Assembly: GCA_023266715.1 (NCBI GenBank)
Contig: JAHFPK010000001.1
Span: 1-50,209 of the forward strand
From: Hyphomicrobiales bacterium
GTDB taxonomy: Bacteria; Pseudomonadota; Alphaproteobacteria; Rhizobiales; Aestuariivirgaceae
DNA: 50,209 bases
Reading direction: 5' to 3'
Below, in pieces: positions 10,510 to 20,690 of the stretch (position 1 is the stretch's first letter; each line of letters starts with the position of its first letter). Both the position numbers and the translations under genes were made by a program. The notes beneath the pieces were generated by a model. It saw nothing but the letters and a program-made list of their open reading frames with translations. It ran no database searches and was not told the origin of the DNA.

Positions 10510-13283
10510 AATTCAAATCAGTTCAACATCCCGAGCGGTTGCTTGACATCACGGCGCTGCGTAACAAACTCAACGAGCTTGTCCCTGCGTCAAGCTCCGA
10601 CTTAACAAAAGTGCGCCCCGCAATTGTTGAAGTGCTCAAAACATTTTTGAAATCGGCAAGAACGGAAGCAGAAAAACGGCTTCTGGAGGACGGCAAAGGC
10701 ACGCAATGCGCAAAAAACCTTGCTTATGTCCAGGATGAAATCATCCGCACCCTCTATGAATTTGCCAATGAGAAAATTTATCCGAAGGCAACCGTCAAGG
10801 ACTCGCAGGAGGTCGCCATTATAGCGGTTGGCGGCTATGGCCGCGGCACGCTGGCGCCGGGATCCGACATTGACCTCCTTTTTCTGCTGCCGGGAAAACA
10901 GGAGGCAGCGAGCGGGCGATTGGTTGAGTTTATTCTTTACACGCTCTGGGACATGCGCCTGAAAGTTGGCCACGCAACCCGCAGCACGGAAGAATGCATT
11001 CGGCTGGCCAAGACTGACAACACTATCCTGACCTCCATTCTTGAGGCCCGATTCATTTGCGGCAATGAAACACTCAGCAAACACATGCAATTACTTTTCC
11101 GCCGCGACATTGTGCAAACCGGCGCCCGCAAATTTGTGGCCGACAAACTCATTGAACGCGACATACGCTTGGCCAAGAGCGGTGAAAGCCGCTATCTGGT
11201 TGAGCCTGACTTGAAAGATGGCAAGGGGGGACTGCGCGATCTCCATACTCTGTTTTGGATCGCAAAATTTCTTTATAATACCAATTCCCCGGAAGAACTT
11301 GCCGATAAGGGCGCGTTTACCCACGAAGAGCTGGCGCGATTTCAAAAATGCGAGGACTTTCTCTGGGCGGTCCGCTGCCATCTCCATTTCCTTGCAGGCC
11401 GTGGCGAAGACCGCTTGAGTTTTGACCGGCAGTCCGAGCTTGCAGGCCGCCTAGGCTATCAATCCCATGCGGGCCTGAAAAATGTCGAACGCTTTATGAA
11501 GCACTATTTCCTGATCGCAAAAGAAGTGGGAGACCTCACACGCATTTTTTGTGCAAGCCTGGAAGCCCGGCAGGTGAAGGATATTCCGGCTTTGAGTCGC
11601 TTCATGGGGCGGTTCCGGCCGAGGTCACCTGTCAAGGTTCCAGAAAACAAGAGCTTCCGGTTTGAAAGCGGCCGTCTGGCCTTGGTCAAATCAACGGTAT
11701 TCCGTGATGATCCCGTAAATCTTCTTCGCTTGTTTTCGGCGGCCAGCACCTACGGCGCCGAAATCCATCCCGATGCCCTCAAGAAAGTCCGGCAGTCACT
11801 GTCCCTGATCGACAGGGGGCTTTGCTATGACCCCGAAGCAAATGCCCTGTTTCTTGACATGCTGGTCAACAGTGACTCATCGGAAACACTCCTGCGGATG
11901 ATGAATGAGGCAGGAGTTTTGGGCCGTTTCATTCCAGAATTCGGCAAGGTCGTGGCGATGACGCAATTCAACATGTATCACCACTATACGGTGGACGAAC
12001 ACCTCATCCGAGCGGTCGGCATTCTGGCAGCCATTGAGAAGGGACGGTTGTCAGAAGATCATCCGCTTGCGGCAGAAATTTTTCCAACGCTCAAGAGCCG
12101 CCGTTCCCTCTATGTGGCTGCCCTTTTGCACGATATTGCGAAGGGCCGCACGGAAGACCACTCTATTGCTGGCGAACGCATTGCGCGCGCATTGGGCCCT
12201 CGCTTTGGCCTTACGCCGGCAGAAACCGAAACAACAGCCTGGCTTATCCGCCACCATCTCCTGATGAGCGAAACGGCCCAGATGCGCGATCTCAACGATT
12301 TCAAAACCATTCTGGATTTCACCGCGATTGTCCAAAGCCCGGAAAGGCTGAAACTGCTGCTGATCCTGACCGTCGTAGATATTCGCGCTGTCGGGCCCGG
12401 CGTCTGGAACGGCTGGAAAGGCCAGCTCCTGCGTACGCTCTATTCGGAAGCGGAACCGGTGCTCACTGGAGGGCATACGGGAAGTTCGCGCGAGGTCCGG
12501 GTGAAAGAGTCTCAACAAAGTTTTGTTTCGCATTTTCCGCAATGGTCGGAAAGCCAGAGCAAGACCGCCACATCGCGCCACTATGATGCCTATTGGCTCA
12601 ATGTTGAGCTCAAAAAGCAAATCGCCCACCAGGCGCTGATGGAAAGATCATCTCCCCGGAATATCGTTACGGAAGTTCATACGGATGCCTTCACGGCCAT
12701 CACCGAACTGACCATCTATGCGCCGGATCATCCCAGATTATTGGCGCTCATCACGGGGGCCTGCGCTGCCGCGAGCGCCAACATCATGGGAGCCCAGATC
12801 TTCACCACCACTGATGGCATGGCGCTGGATACAATTCTCATCCAGCGGGAGTTTTCCAGCGAAGACGACGAACGGCGCAGGGCGGAGCGGGTTACCGAAA
12901 TCATTCGCATGGCCTTGCAGGGAAAATTGCGCTTGAAGGATGCGGTAGCGAACGCCACTCACCAGCGGCCGCGCCTCAAGGCTTTTTCGGTTGAGCCACG
13001 GGTCATCATCGACAATCAATCGTCAAACCGGTTCACTGTGATTGAAATCAATGGCCTTGACCGCATTGGCCTTCTCTACAATTTGACTGACGCGCTGTTT
13101 CACCTGAGCCTGAATATTGCCTCCGCCCACATCACCACATTTGGCGAAAAGGCCATTGACGTTTTTTATGTCACCGACCTCACCAGCGGGAAAATTCTCA
13201 ATCCAGCCCGCCATGCTCAAATTGAACGGGAACTGATGAAGTCATTGGTCCCTGCAGCGGAAAAGCTTGCAAATATGGCATGA
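10506..13283 (+). CDS. glnD: Bifunctional PII uridylyltransferase/uridylyl-removing enzyme
   Basis: AVGGYGRG..APGSDIDL nucleotidyltransferase motif, GGLRD, HD motif (LLHDIAKG), two C-terminal ACT domains; ATGA overlap with mutS. Confidence 0.96.
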   Translation: MKFKSVQHPERLLDITALRNKLNELVPASSSDLTKVRPAIVEVLKTFLKSARTEAEKRLLEDGKGTQCAKNLAYVQDEIIRTLYEFANEKIYPKATVKDSQEVAIIAVGGYGRGTLAPGSDIDLLFLLPGKQEAASGRLVEFILYTLWDMRLKVGHATRSTEECIRLAKTDNTILTSILEARFICGNETLSKHMQLLFRRDIVQTGARKFVADKLIERDIRLAKSGESRYLVEPDLKDGKGGLRDLHTLFWIAKFLYNTNSPEELADKGAFTHEELARFQKCEDFLWAVRCHLHFLAGRGEDRLSFDRQSELAGRLGYQSHAGLKNVERFMKHYFLIAKEVGDLTRIFCASLEARQVKDIPALSRFMGRFRPRSPVKVPENKSFRFESGRLALVKSTVFRDDPVNLLRLFSAASTYGAEIHPDALKKVRQSLSLIDRGLCYDPEANALFLDMLVNSDSSETLLRMMNEAGVLGRFIPEFGKVVAMTQFNMYHHYTVDEHLIRAVGILAAIEKGRLSEDHPLAAEIFPTLKSRRSLYVAALLHDIAKGRTEDHSIAGERIARALGPRFGLTPAETETTAWLIRHHLLMSETAQMRDLNDFKTILDFTAIVQSPERLKLLLILTVVDIRAVGPGVWNGWKGQLLRTLYSEAEPVLTGGHTGSSREVRVKESQQSFVSHFPQWSESQSKTATSRHYDAYWLNVELKKQIAHQALMERSSPRNIVTEVHTDAFTAITELTIYAPDHPRLLALITGACAAASANIMGAQIFTTTDGMALDTILIQREFSSEDDERRRAERVTEIIRMALQGKLRLKDAVANATHQRPRLKAFSVEPRVIIDNQSSNRFTVIEINGLDRIGLLYNLTDALFHLSLNIASAHITTFGEKAIDVFYVTDLTSGKILNPARHAQIERELMKSLVPAAEKLANMA

Positions 13284-13321
13284 ATCAGTGGAAGGAGAAA
13301 GTTGACCTTGGGTGTTAAGAC

Positions 13322-14878
13322 ATGTCGCTCCTAAAATCGGCAGCAACGGTGGGCGGGTTTACGTTGATAAGCCGGCTGCTTGGTTTTCTGCGCGACCAGC
13401 TTATCGCCTTTACGCTCGGGACAGGATTTGTGGCTGAAGCCTTCTTTGTGGCGCAAAGATTCCCCAACCTGTTTCGTGCGCTTTTTGCCGAAGGTGCATT
13501 CAATTCGGCCTTTGTGCCGCAATTTGCAAGACGCATCGAGGGCGACGGACCCAGTGCCGCACATAAATTTGCAACTGACATTTTCTCTGCCTTGTTGGCC
13601 TGGCTTTTGGTGTTCACCGCCCTTGCGATGATTGCCATGCCTTGGGTGATCTATGTCATTGCGCCGGGGTTTTCGCAGGACGCACAGAAGCTGCAACTAA
13701 CCATTGATCTCACGCGGATATGTTTTCCCTATCTGCTTTTCATGTCACTCACGGCTTTGCAGTCCGGCGTCTTAAACAGCCTCAACCGTTTCACCGCCGC
13801 GGCTGCCGCTCCCATTCTTCTCAATCTTGTCATGATCCTCTCGAATGGGATTGCGTGGTTTTTCAACACCGGTAACAGCGCTGCGACGGGCTATATTTTC
13901 GCCTGGGGTGTTTCACTCGCTGGCGTTGCGCAATTCCTGCTTCTGGCAGTCGCCTGCAGGCGTGCCGGGATGCCGTTATTTCCGAAATGGCCCAAGTTTT
14001 CGGCTGACGTAAAACGGGTTCTGGCGCTTTCAATTCCTGGGATTATTTCAGGCGGAATCATGCAAATCAATCTGCTCATAGCCACTGTCATTGCAACAGG
14101 CATAGACCGAGCCGTAGCCTATTTGTATTACGCTGACCGCCTCTACCAATTGCCTCTCGGCGTCATTGGCGTGGCCATCGGCGTTGTGCTGTTGCCCGAC
14201 CTGGCGCGCAAACTTCGAGCCGGCGACAACCAGGCAGCCTTGAACAGTCAAAATCGGGCGCTTGAGCTTTCGCTCTTTCTCACCGTTCCAGCGGCAATTG
14301 CTTTGATGGCGATCCCCGCTCCCATTCTGCATACGGTTTTTGAGCATGGGGCATTCAGTGCTGCCGATACACTTTCAGTGGCGCCTGCTGTGCTGGCCTT
14401 TGCGGCGGGCCTGCCCGCCTTTGCCATGACCAAGGTTTTCCAGCCCGGCTTCTACGCCCGTGAAGATACCAAGACACCGATGCGTTTTGCCATTATATCT
14501 GTCGTAATCAACATCGTTTTGAGTCTTCTCCTGTCCCATTGGTTTGCTCATGTGGGGATTGCGGCGGCAACTTCTATTGCTGCATGGGCGAATGCGGTCA
14601 TGCTTGCGGTGGCGCTAACAACACGTGGGCACTATGAACTGGATGACCGAATGAAAAAAAGACTGCCCCGCATTCTATTTTCCGGCGTTGTGATGGGGGT
14701 ATTACTGCTTCTTGGCCTCTGGCTCTTGCGGGAAAATTTCACTGCAACCGCCAGCTTCCTCAGTGCTCTCTGGGGATTGGTTGTTCTCGTGGCTGGTGGC
14801 ATTGCCGGTTACTTTGCCCTGGCCCATTTTTCCGGTGCCATGAGCCTTGCCGAAATGAGAGCCGCCACGAAACGCTAA
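13322..14878 (+). CDS. murJ: Lipid II flippase MurJ (MviN)
   Basis: SRLLGFLRD, PNLFRALFAEGAF, YADRLYQLPLG, FYAREDTKTP; many TM segments. Confidence 0.95.
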   Translation: MSLLKSAATVGGFTLISRLLGFLRDQLIAFTLGTGFVAEAFFVAQRFPNLFRALFAEGAFNSAFVPQFARRIEGDGPSAAHKFATDIFSALLAWLLVFTALAMIAMPWVIYVIAPGFSQDAQKLQLTIDLTRICFPYLLFMSLTALQSGVLNSLNRFTAAAAAPILLNLVMILSNGIAWFFNTGNSAATGYIFAWGVSLAGVAQFLLLAVACRRAGMPLFPKWPKFSADVKRVLALSIPGIISGGIMQINLLIATVIATGIDRAVAYLYYADRLYQLPLGVIGVAIGVVLLPDLARKLRAGDNQAALNSQNRALELSLFLTVPAAIALMAIPAPILHTVFEHGAFSAADTLSVAPAVLAFAAGLPAFAMTKVFQPGFYAREDTKTPMRFAIISVVINIVLSLLLSHWFAHVGIAAATSIAAWANAVMLAVALTTRGHYELDDRMKKRLPRILFSGVVMGVLLLLGLWLLRENFTATASFLSALWGLVVLVAGGIAGYFALAHFSGAMSLAEMRAATKR

Positions 14879-14941
14879 CTCTTTTCAAGCCACATAATTG
14901 CGGGCATAAGGCGGCCCTGTTCATTCCATAGGATTTCCCTG

Positions 14942-15979
14942 ATGACCACTTTCACACCACGGGTTTTTTCCGGCATGCAGCCCACGGGAAATTTGCACCT
15001 CGGCAATTATTTGGGTGCCATGCTGAACTGGATCAAATTGCAGGAAACCCATGATTGCATTTACTGCGTGGTCGACATGCATGCGATCACCCTATGGCAA
15101 GAGCCGAAGGAACTGCACAAGGCCATTCTTGAAGTGACTGCCGCCTATCTCGCCTGTGGGCTGGACCCAAAACGCTCCATCATTTTCAACCAGAGCCAGG
15201 TGCAGGAGCATGCGGAACTGGCCTGGATATTCAATTGCGTGGCCCGTATGGGCTGGCTCAACCGGATGACCCAGTTCAAGGAAAAAGCCGGCAAGGACAA
15301 GGAGCAGGCCTCCGTCGGCCTCTATGTTTATCCCGATCTCATGGCGGCCGATATTCTGGCCTACAAGGCAACCCACGTGCCGGTTGGCGAAGACCAGAAG
15401 CAGCATCTGGAACTGGCGCGCGACATTGCAGGGAAATTCAACCTGGATTTCGGCGATGCCATTCGTGAGGCTGGTTACAACGGCAATTTCTTCCCGCAGC
15501 CGGAACCCTTCATCATCGGGCCTGCTACCCGGGTGATGTCGCTCCGCGATGGAACCAAGAAAATGTCGAAATCCGATCCCTCCGATCTTTCCCGGCTTAA
15601 TCTCACCGATGACGCCGATACCATTGCAAGGAAGATACGAAAGGCAAAGACTGATACGGATGCCCTGCCTTCCGAAACTGCAGGTCTGAAAGGCCGCCCA
15701 GAAGCAGAGAATTTGACCGGCATCTATGCCGCCCTTTCGGGCCAGTCGGCCGATCAGGTTCTGGCGCAATTTGGGGGCGGGCAATTTTCCCGCCTGAAAG
15801 ATGCCCTGGCCGATCTTGCGGTGGCCAAGCTTGGTCCCATTGGCCGGGAAACCAAGCGGCTGCAGGCGGATTCTGCCTTTGTTGAGGGTATTTTGGCCGA
15901 TGGCTCAGCCAGGGCCCGGGTCATTGCCGCGCCAATTGTGCGGGAGGTGCGTAAAATTGTCGGTTTTGTCGTTTCTTGA
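14942..15979 (+). CDS. trpS: Tryptophan--tRNA ligase
   Basis: SGMQPTG, HLGN (HIGH), [15 protein letters not shown]. Confidence 0.97.
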   Translation: MTTFTPRVFSGMQPTGNLHLGNYLGAMLNWIKLQETHDCIYCVVDMHAITLWQEPKELHKAILEVTAAYLACGLDPKRSIIFNQSQVQEHAELAWIFNCVARMGWLNRMTQFKEKAGKDKEQASVGLYVYPDLMAADILAYKATHVPVGEDQKQHLELARDIAGKFNLDFGDAIREAGYNGNFFPQPEPFIIGPATRVMSLRDGTKKMSKSDPSDLSRLNLTDDADTIARKIRKAKTDTDALPSETAGLKGRPEAENLTGIYAALSGQSADQVLAQFGGGQFSRLKDALADLAVAKLGPIGRETKRLQADSAFVEGILADGSARARVIAAPIVREVRKIVGFVVS

Positions 15980-15992
15980 GGTGAAGCAACAG

Positions 15993-16020
15993 TTTGAAAT
16001 GATTCCAGACTAGCCTATAT
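15993..16020 (+). promoter_or_regulatory. Putative RpoH (sigma32)-type promoter of nfuA
   Basis: TTTGAA-N15-CCTATAT, close to the rhizobial RpoH consensus CTTGAA-N15/16-CCTATAT. Confidence 0.55.
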
Positions 16021-16040
16021 ATAGGTCCAGAGGATCAGCC

Positions 16041-16601
16041 ATGTTTATTCAGACCGAGGCCACGCCAAACCCTGCCACCCTGAAGTTCATTCCGGGAAAG
16101 CCCGTGCTGCCCGGCTCCACGCGCGAATACCGCGCGGCGGATGAGGCCGAGGAATGCAGTTTGGCCCAACAGCTGTTCACGGTTTCCGGAGTTTCAGGCG
16201 TATTCCTAGGACAGGACTTCATCACGGTGAGCAAGAGCGAGGGCGAGTGGCAACACTTGAAACCCGCCATTCTTGGCCACATCATGGACCATTATCTGTC
16301 AAACGCGCCCATGCTGGCGGGCGAGAGGCCCGTGACAATCTCCGAAAGCGGAGAATTTTTCGAAGAATCTGACAAGGCCATTGTGGGAACCATCAAAGAA
16401 TTGCTGGAAACCCGTGTCCGGCCAGCGGTAGCGCAGGATGGTGGAGACATTACTTTTCATGGTTTCAAAGAGGGTGTTGTCTATCTCAACATGAAGGGTT
16501 CTTGCTCCGGCTGCCCAAGTTCGACGGCTACGCTCAAGCACGGCATTGAGAACCTATTGCGGCACTTCGTTCCGGAAGTTACGGAAGTCCGGCCGGTTTA
16601 A
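16041..16601 (+). CDS. nfuA: NifU/Nfu-type Fe-S cluster carrier
   Basis: MFIQTEATPNPATLKF N-domain; VRPAVAQDGGDI; GSCSGCPSS (CxxC). Confidence 0.92.
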   Translation: MFIQTEATPNPATLKFIPGKPVLPGSTREYRAADEAEECSLAQQLFTVSGVSGVFLGQDFITVSKSEGEWQHLKPAILGHIMDHYLSNAPMLAGERPVTISESGEFFEESDKAIVGTIKELLETRVRPAVAQDGGDITFHGFKEGVVYLNMKGSCSGCPSSTATLKHGIENLLRHFVPEVTEVRPV

Positions 16602-16603
16602 GC

Positions 16604-17377
16604 CTATTTGTTTTTGAAATCAGGTTTCCGCTTTTCAACAAAAGCGGCCATGCCTTCCTTTTGGTCATCCAAGGCGAACATTGAATGAATGAGGCGGCGC
16701 TCAAAACGCAAACCCTCGGCAAGGCTCGTTTCAAAAGCACGGTTGACCGCCTCTTTCGCCATCATGACCACGGGCTGGGAGAACGCGGCGATTTTTGCAG
16801 CGGCATTTACGGCCACATCCAAAAGTTTCTCTGCCGGAACGATGCGTGACACCAGTCCGCAGCGCTCCGCCTCGGCTGCTTCCATCAAGCGGCCGGTGAG
16901 AACCATGTCCATGGTCTTGGCCTTGCCGATATAGCGCGCAAGCCTCTGCGTGCCGCCAGCACCGGGAATGACGCCCAGAGTAATTTCCGGTTGACCGAAT
17001 TTCGCTGTATCGGCTGCAATAATGAAATCGCACATCATGGCGAGTTCGCACCCGCCGCCCAGACAATAACCCGAAACGGCGGCAATCATGGGTTTGCGAA
17101 ATTCTGCAATCCTATCCCACGTGCCAAGAAAATCGCCGAGATAAACATCGGTAAAACTCTTGTCCTTCATCTCGCGGATATCGGCACCGGCGGCAAAGGC
17201 CTTTTCGCTGCCTGCAAGAATCACGCAACCAATGGCGGGGTTTTCCTGAAAATCGGTGAGAGCGGAATTGAGTTCGTCGATCAACTGCGAGTTCAAGGCA
17301 TTCAAGGCCTTGGGGCGGTTGAGCGTGATGATCCCTACCACACCCCTCGTTTCACTGATGATATTTTCATAGGCCAT
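16604..17377 (-). CDS. Enoyl-CoA hydratase (crotonase family)
   Basis: [41 protein letters not shown]. Confidence 0.93.
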   Translation of the reverse strand: MAYENIISETRGVVGIITLNRPKALNALNSQLIDELNSALTDFQENPAIGCVILAGSEKAFAAGADIREMKDKSFTDVYLGDFLGTWDRIAEFRKPMIAAVSGYCLGGGCELAMMCDFIIAADTAKFGQPEITLGVIPGAGGTQRLARYIGKAKTMDMVLTGRLMEAAEAERCGLVSRIVPAEKLLDVAVNAAAKIAAFSQPVVMMAKEAVNRAFETSLAEGLRFERRLIHSMFALDDQKEGMAAFVEKRKPDFKNK

Positions 17378-17386
17378 TGGAATTTC

Positions 17387-18280
17387 CTATTTCTGGCAGG
17401 ATGGACAGTAGAATGTCGACCGGCCTGACTGCACTATACGACGGATGGTACCACGGCAACCGGGAGTTTGGCATTTTTCCCCCTCGCGGCCGTAGACTGA
17501 AAAACGCTGCTGAAAGGCACCCTCGCGGCCGTCGGTGGCGGAAAAGTCCCGCAAAGTGGACCCGCCTGCCAATATGGCTTCATTCAAGACATCGCGGACA
17601 TGACGCACAAGTTCATTGAGACGGGCATCGTAGGTAGTCTTGCGAACCAGCGTTCCAGCTTTACGCTTGGGCGAAAGGCCGCTGCGGTACAAAACTTCAC
17701 TGACATAAATGTTTCCGAGACCGGCAATAATGTTTTGATCGAGGAGGGCAGCTTTTAGCGGGGCTGATTTTTTCCTGAACGCATCGGCGAGATACTGGCC
17801 GTTGAATTCGTTGCCAAGGGGCTCCACGCCGATATCCTTCAGAAGCTTGTGACTTACCAATTCATTTTCATGCAGAAGGTCCATGACACCGAAGCGACGG
17901 TGATCGGTGTAAACAATCCGCACTCCATTATCGAGGGTGAATACCACATGGTCATGGGGGCCTGAGCCAGCGTCAGCCGCACCTCGTTCAAAATAGAACT
18001 CTCCCAGATTGTGAGGCCGTTGGTGGCCGCCCAGAACTGTAAAGCGTCCGGTCATGCCGAGGTGCACCAGAAGGCACTTGCCATCATCAAGGTTAACCAG
18101 AATATACTTGGCCCGGCGGCGCAGACCTAAAACTTGTCTGCCCTTTAATCTCGCCGCAAACTTGGGGGGAAAGGGAAAGCGAAGACTGGAGCGGCGAAGC
18201 TCTACTCCAACAATGGAGCGCCCGACGAGGACAGGAATTAACCCTCGCATGACAGTCTCAACTTCGGGAAGCTCCGGCAT
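17387..18280 (-). CDS. mutM: Formamidopyrimidine-DNA glycosylase (Fpg)
   Basis: N-terminal [26 protein letters not shown]-terminal C4 zinc finger (CQTPGC...CPSCQK). Confidence 0.97.
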   Translation of the reverse strand: MPELPEVETVMRGLIPVLVGRSIVGVELRRSSLRFPFPPKFAARLKGRQVLGLRRRAKYILVNLDDGKCLLVHLGMTGRFTVLGGHQRPHNLGEFYFERGAADAGSGPHDHVVFTLDNGVRIVYTDHRRFGVMDLLHENELVSHKLLKDIGVEPLGNEFNGQYLADAFRKKSAPLKAALLDQNIIAGLGNIYVSEVLYRSGLSPKRKAGTLVRKTTYDARLNELVRHVRDVLNEAILAGGSTLRDFSATDGREGAFQQRFSVYGREGEKCQTPGCRGTIRRIVQSGRSTFYCPSCQK

Positions 18281-18354
18281 TGCCATTAAGTAATAATGCG
18301 TATGCTGCTTCACTGGCAATAGAACTCCTGAATCCTTTGGTTTATGATAGGCCC

Positions 18355-19119
18355 ATGGTTGAACCAGTTGAAAATGATGTGGCCTTTGGCTTTCGCCGGG
18401 TGGCTGAAAACGAGAAACAGGGCCTGGTAAATGAGGTTTTTTCCAAGGCCGCCGAGCGCTATGACCAGATGAATGATCTGATGTCCGGCGGGCTGCACCG
18501 TTTCTGGAAAGACGATCTGGTCACCATGCTGAACCCGCCGCGAAAATCGACCCCGTTTAAGGTGCTCGATGTGGCCGGCGGCACGGGTGACATTGCCTTT
18601 CGCATTGCCCGTACCGGTGGCACCGGGACGCATGTGACGGTTGCCGATATTTCTCCAGAGATGGTAGGCGAGGGCAAAAAAAGGGCGGAGCGCGAAGGCC
18701 TGCTCGGGCGCTGCGACTTCACCGTGGGCAATGCGGAAAACCTGGCCTTTCCTGACAAGAGTTTTGATGCCTATACCATCGCTTTCGGCATCCGCAATGT
18801 CACGCATATTGACCGCGCCCTTTCGGAAGCGCATCGCGTGCTGAAATCGGGGGGACGTTTTCTCTGCCTGGAATTTTCCCACGTCGATGTGGACATGCTT
18901 CAAAAAGCCTATGACGCGTTCTCATTCACGGTCATTCCTGCCGTAGGCAAGGTTGTCACCGGAGATGGCCAGCCCTACCGCTATCTCGTCGAAAGCATCC
19001 GTACTTTTCCAAAACAGGAGGAGTTCAAGGCGATGATCGATGCGTCAGGCTTCGCCCGCACGAATTACCGCAATCTCTCGGGTGGCATTGTTGCCATTCA
19101 TTCGGGTTGGCGAATCTGA
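18355..19119 (+). CDS. ubiE: Ubiquinone/menaquinone C-methyltransferase UbiE
   Basis: [46 protein letters not shown]. Confidence 0.96.
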   Translation: MVEPVENDVAFGFRRVAENEKQGLVNEVFSKAAERYDQMNDLMSGGLHRFWKDDLVTMLNPPRKSTPFKVLDVAGGTGDIAFRIARTGGTGTHVTVADISPEMVGEGKKRAEREGLLGRCDFTVGNAENLAFPDKSFDAYTIAFGIRNVTHIDRALSEAHRVLKSGGRFLCLEFSHVDVDMLQKAYDAFSFTVIPAVGKVVTGDGQPYRYLVESIRTFPKQEEFKAMIDASGFARTNYRNLSGGIVAIHSGWRI

Positions 19120-20660
19120 TGATTTCAACTGTGAAGAAAATCTGGCGACTTGCGAGAGCCGGACGAACCCTGGCGCGCTATGATTTTTTCCTGCAGTCTG
19201 AACAAATTTCAGATTTGCCATGGTTTGCCAGCACGGCTCTTCGAATTGCCAAATTTGGCGCCGCGGCACCTGCCGTTGATTCCGGCAGCCGCGTTACCTC
19301 AGCGCTCTCGTCGCTTGGACCGAGTTACATCAAGCTGGGGCAATTTCTGTCCACCCGTCCCGACATGATCGGGGCGAAGAACGCATTTGAGCTGAAAGCC
19401 TTGCAGGATCGGCTGCCGCCCTTCAGCATGGCAGAAGCACGCGACGCAATTCGTCTCAATCTTGGCCAGAATGTTGAAGAGCTCTTCACGGAATTTGGTG
19501 AGCCGGTTGCTGCGGCTTCGATTGCGCAGGTTCACAAGGCAACAACAAAAAATGGGACACAGGTTGCAGTCAAGATACTGCGGCCCGGCGTGGAGCGGCG
19601 CTTTGCCGATGATCTCTCAAGTTTCTATTTCGCGGCGCGGATGATGGAGCGGTTGTCAAGCGAGGCGCGACGCTTACGCCCGGTGGCAGCGGTTGAGATG
19701 CTCGAGCATTCGATGAAGCTCGAACTTGACCTGCGCATGGAGGCGTCTGCTATTTCAGAGATGTCGATCACGACAGGCGATGACCAGAATTTTCGCCTGC
19801 CGCATGTCAACTGGCCGCTCACTGCCCGCCAGGTTCTGACAACCGAATGGATTGAGGGCATTCCGATTTCAGATATTGCGGCGTTGAAAGCGAAAGGATT
19901 TGATCTCAAAGCGCTCGGCGACAACATCATCCAGAGTTTTCTGCGCCATGCCATTCGTGATGGCTTCTTTCATGCGGACATGCATCAGGGAAATCTTTTC
20001 GTGGATGCAAACGGCCATCTTGTAGTGGTCGACTTTGGCATCATGGGCAGGCTGAGCGAGGGAGACCGCCTCTTCCTTGCCGAAATCCTTTTTGGCTTCA
20101 TCACGCGGGATTACATGCGGGTTTCCCAGGTTCATTTTGATGCGGGCTATGTTCCGCGTGACCAGGATGCGGCCGATTTCGCCCAAGCGCTGCGCGCCAT
20201 CGGTGAACCCATCATGGGCCTTGCCGCCCATGAAATATCAATGGCACGGCTCTTGACCCAGCTTTTTGAGGTGACCGGGCAATTCAACATGGTCACTCAG
20301 CCGCAACTTTTATTGCTGCAGAAGACCATGGTTGTGGTCGAAGGCGTTGCCCGCACCCTTAATCCGGAGCTCAACATGTGGGTCACGGCCGAACCCGTGG
20401 TGCGGAGCTGGATTGAGCGGAAGCTGGGGCCAATCGGCAAACTGGAAGGTGCCGCGCAAAGTGCGGCTTCCCTTGGCCGCCTGGCTTCCATGCTGCCTGA
20501 CGTCGTGACTGAAATCGTGCAGTCCGGCAGCATCAAGCTCGACAGCGACACGACAAACCGCATCGCCATCGCCCACCACCATGCCAACCGCTTTCAGCGC
20601 TATGCGCTGATGGCAGGGGCGGCTGCGCTGGTGGTTATCGCCCTCAAACTCGTCCTTTAA
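19119..20660 (+). CDS. ubiB: Ubiquinone biosynthesis kinase-like protein UbiB
   Basis: GPSYIKLGQ, AAASIAQVH, VAVK, FFHADMHQGN, DFG; TGATG overlap with ubiE. Confidence 0.95.
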   Translation: MISTVKKIWRLARAGRTLARYDFFLQSEQISDLPWFASTALRIAKFGAAAPAVDSGSRVTSALSSLGPSYIKLGQFLSTRPDMIGAKNAFELKALQDRLPPFSMAEARDAIRLNLGQNVEELFTEFGEPVAAASIAQVHKATTKNGTQVAVKILRPGVERRFADDLSSFYFAARMMERLSSEARRLRPVAAVEMLEHSMKLELDLRMEASAISEMSITTGDDQNFRLPHVNWPLTARQVLTTEWIEGIPISDIAALKAKGFDLKALGDNIIQSFLRHAIRDGFFHADMHQGNLFVDANGHLVVVDFGIMGRLSEGDRLFLAEILFGFITRDYMRVSQVHFDAGYVPRDQDAADFAQALRAIGEPIMGLAAHEISMARLLTQLFEVTGQFNMVTQPQLLLLQKTMVVVEGVARTLNPELNMWVTAEPVVRSWIERKLGPIGKLEGAAQSAASLGRLASMLPDVVTEIVQSGSIKLDSDTTNRIAIAHHHANRFQRYALMAGAAALVVIALKLVL

Positions 20661-20690
20661 GAAAGAGCTATTAATCGCTACATTAATGCC

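Noticed and set aside
20657-20686. Three TTAA motifs before coaBC as a CtrA box
   Set aside because: Spacings are 10 and 8 nt, not the TTAA-N7-TTAA consensus.
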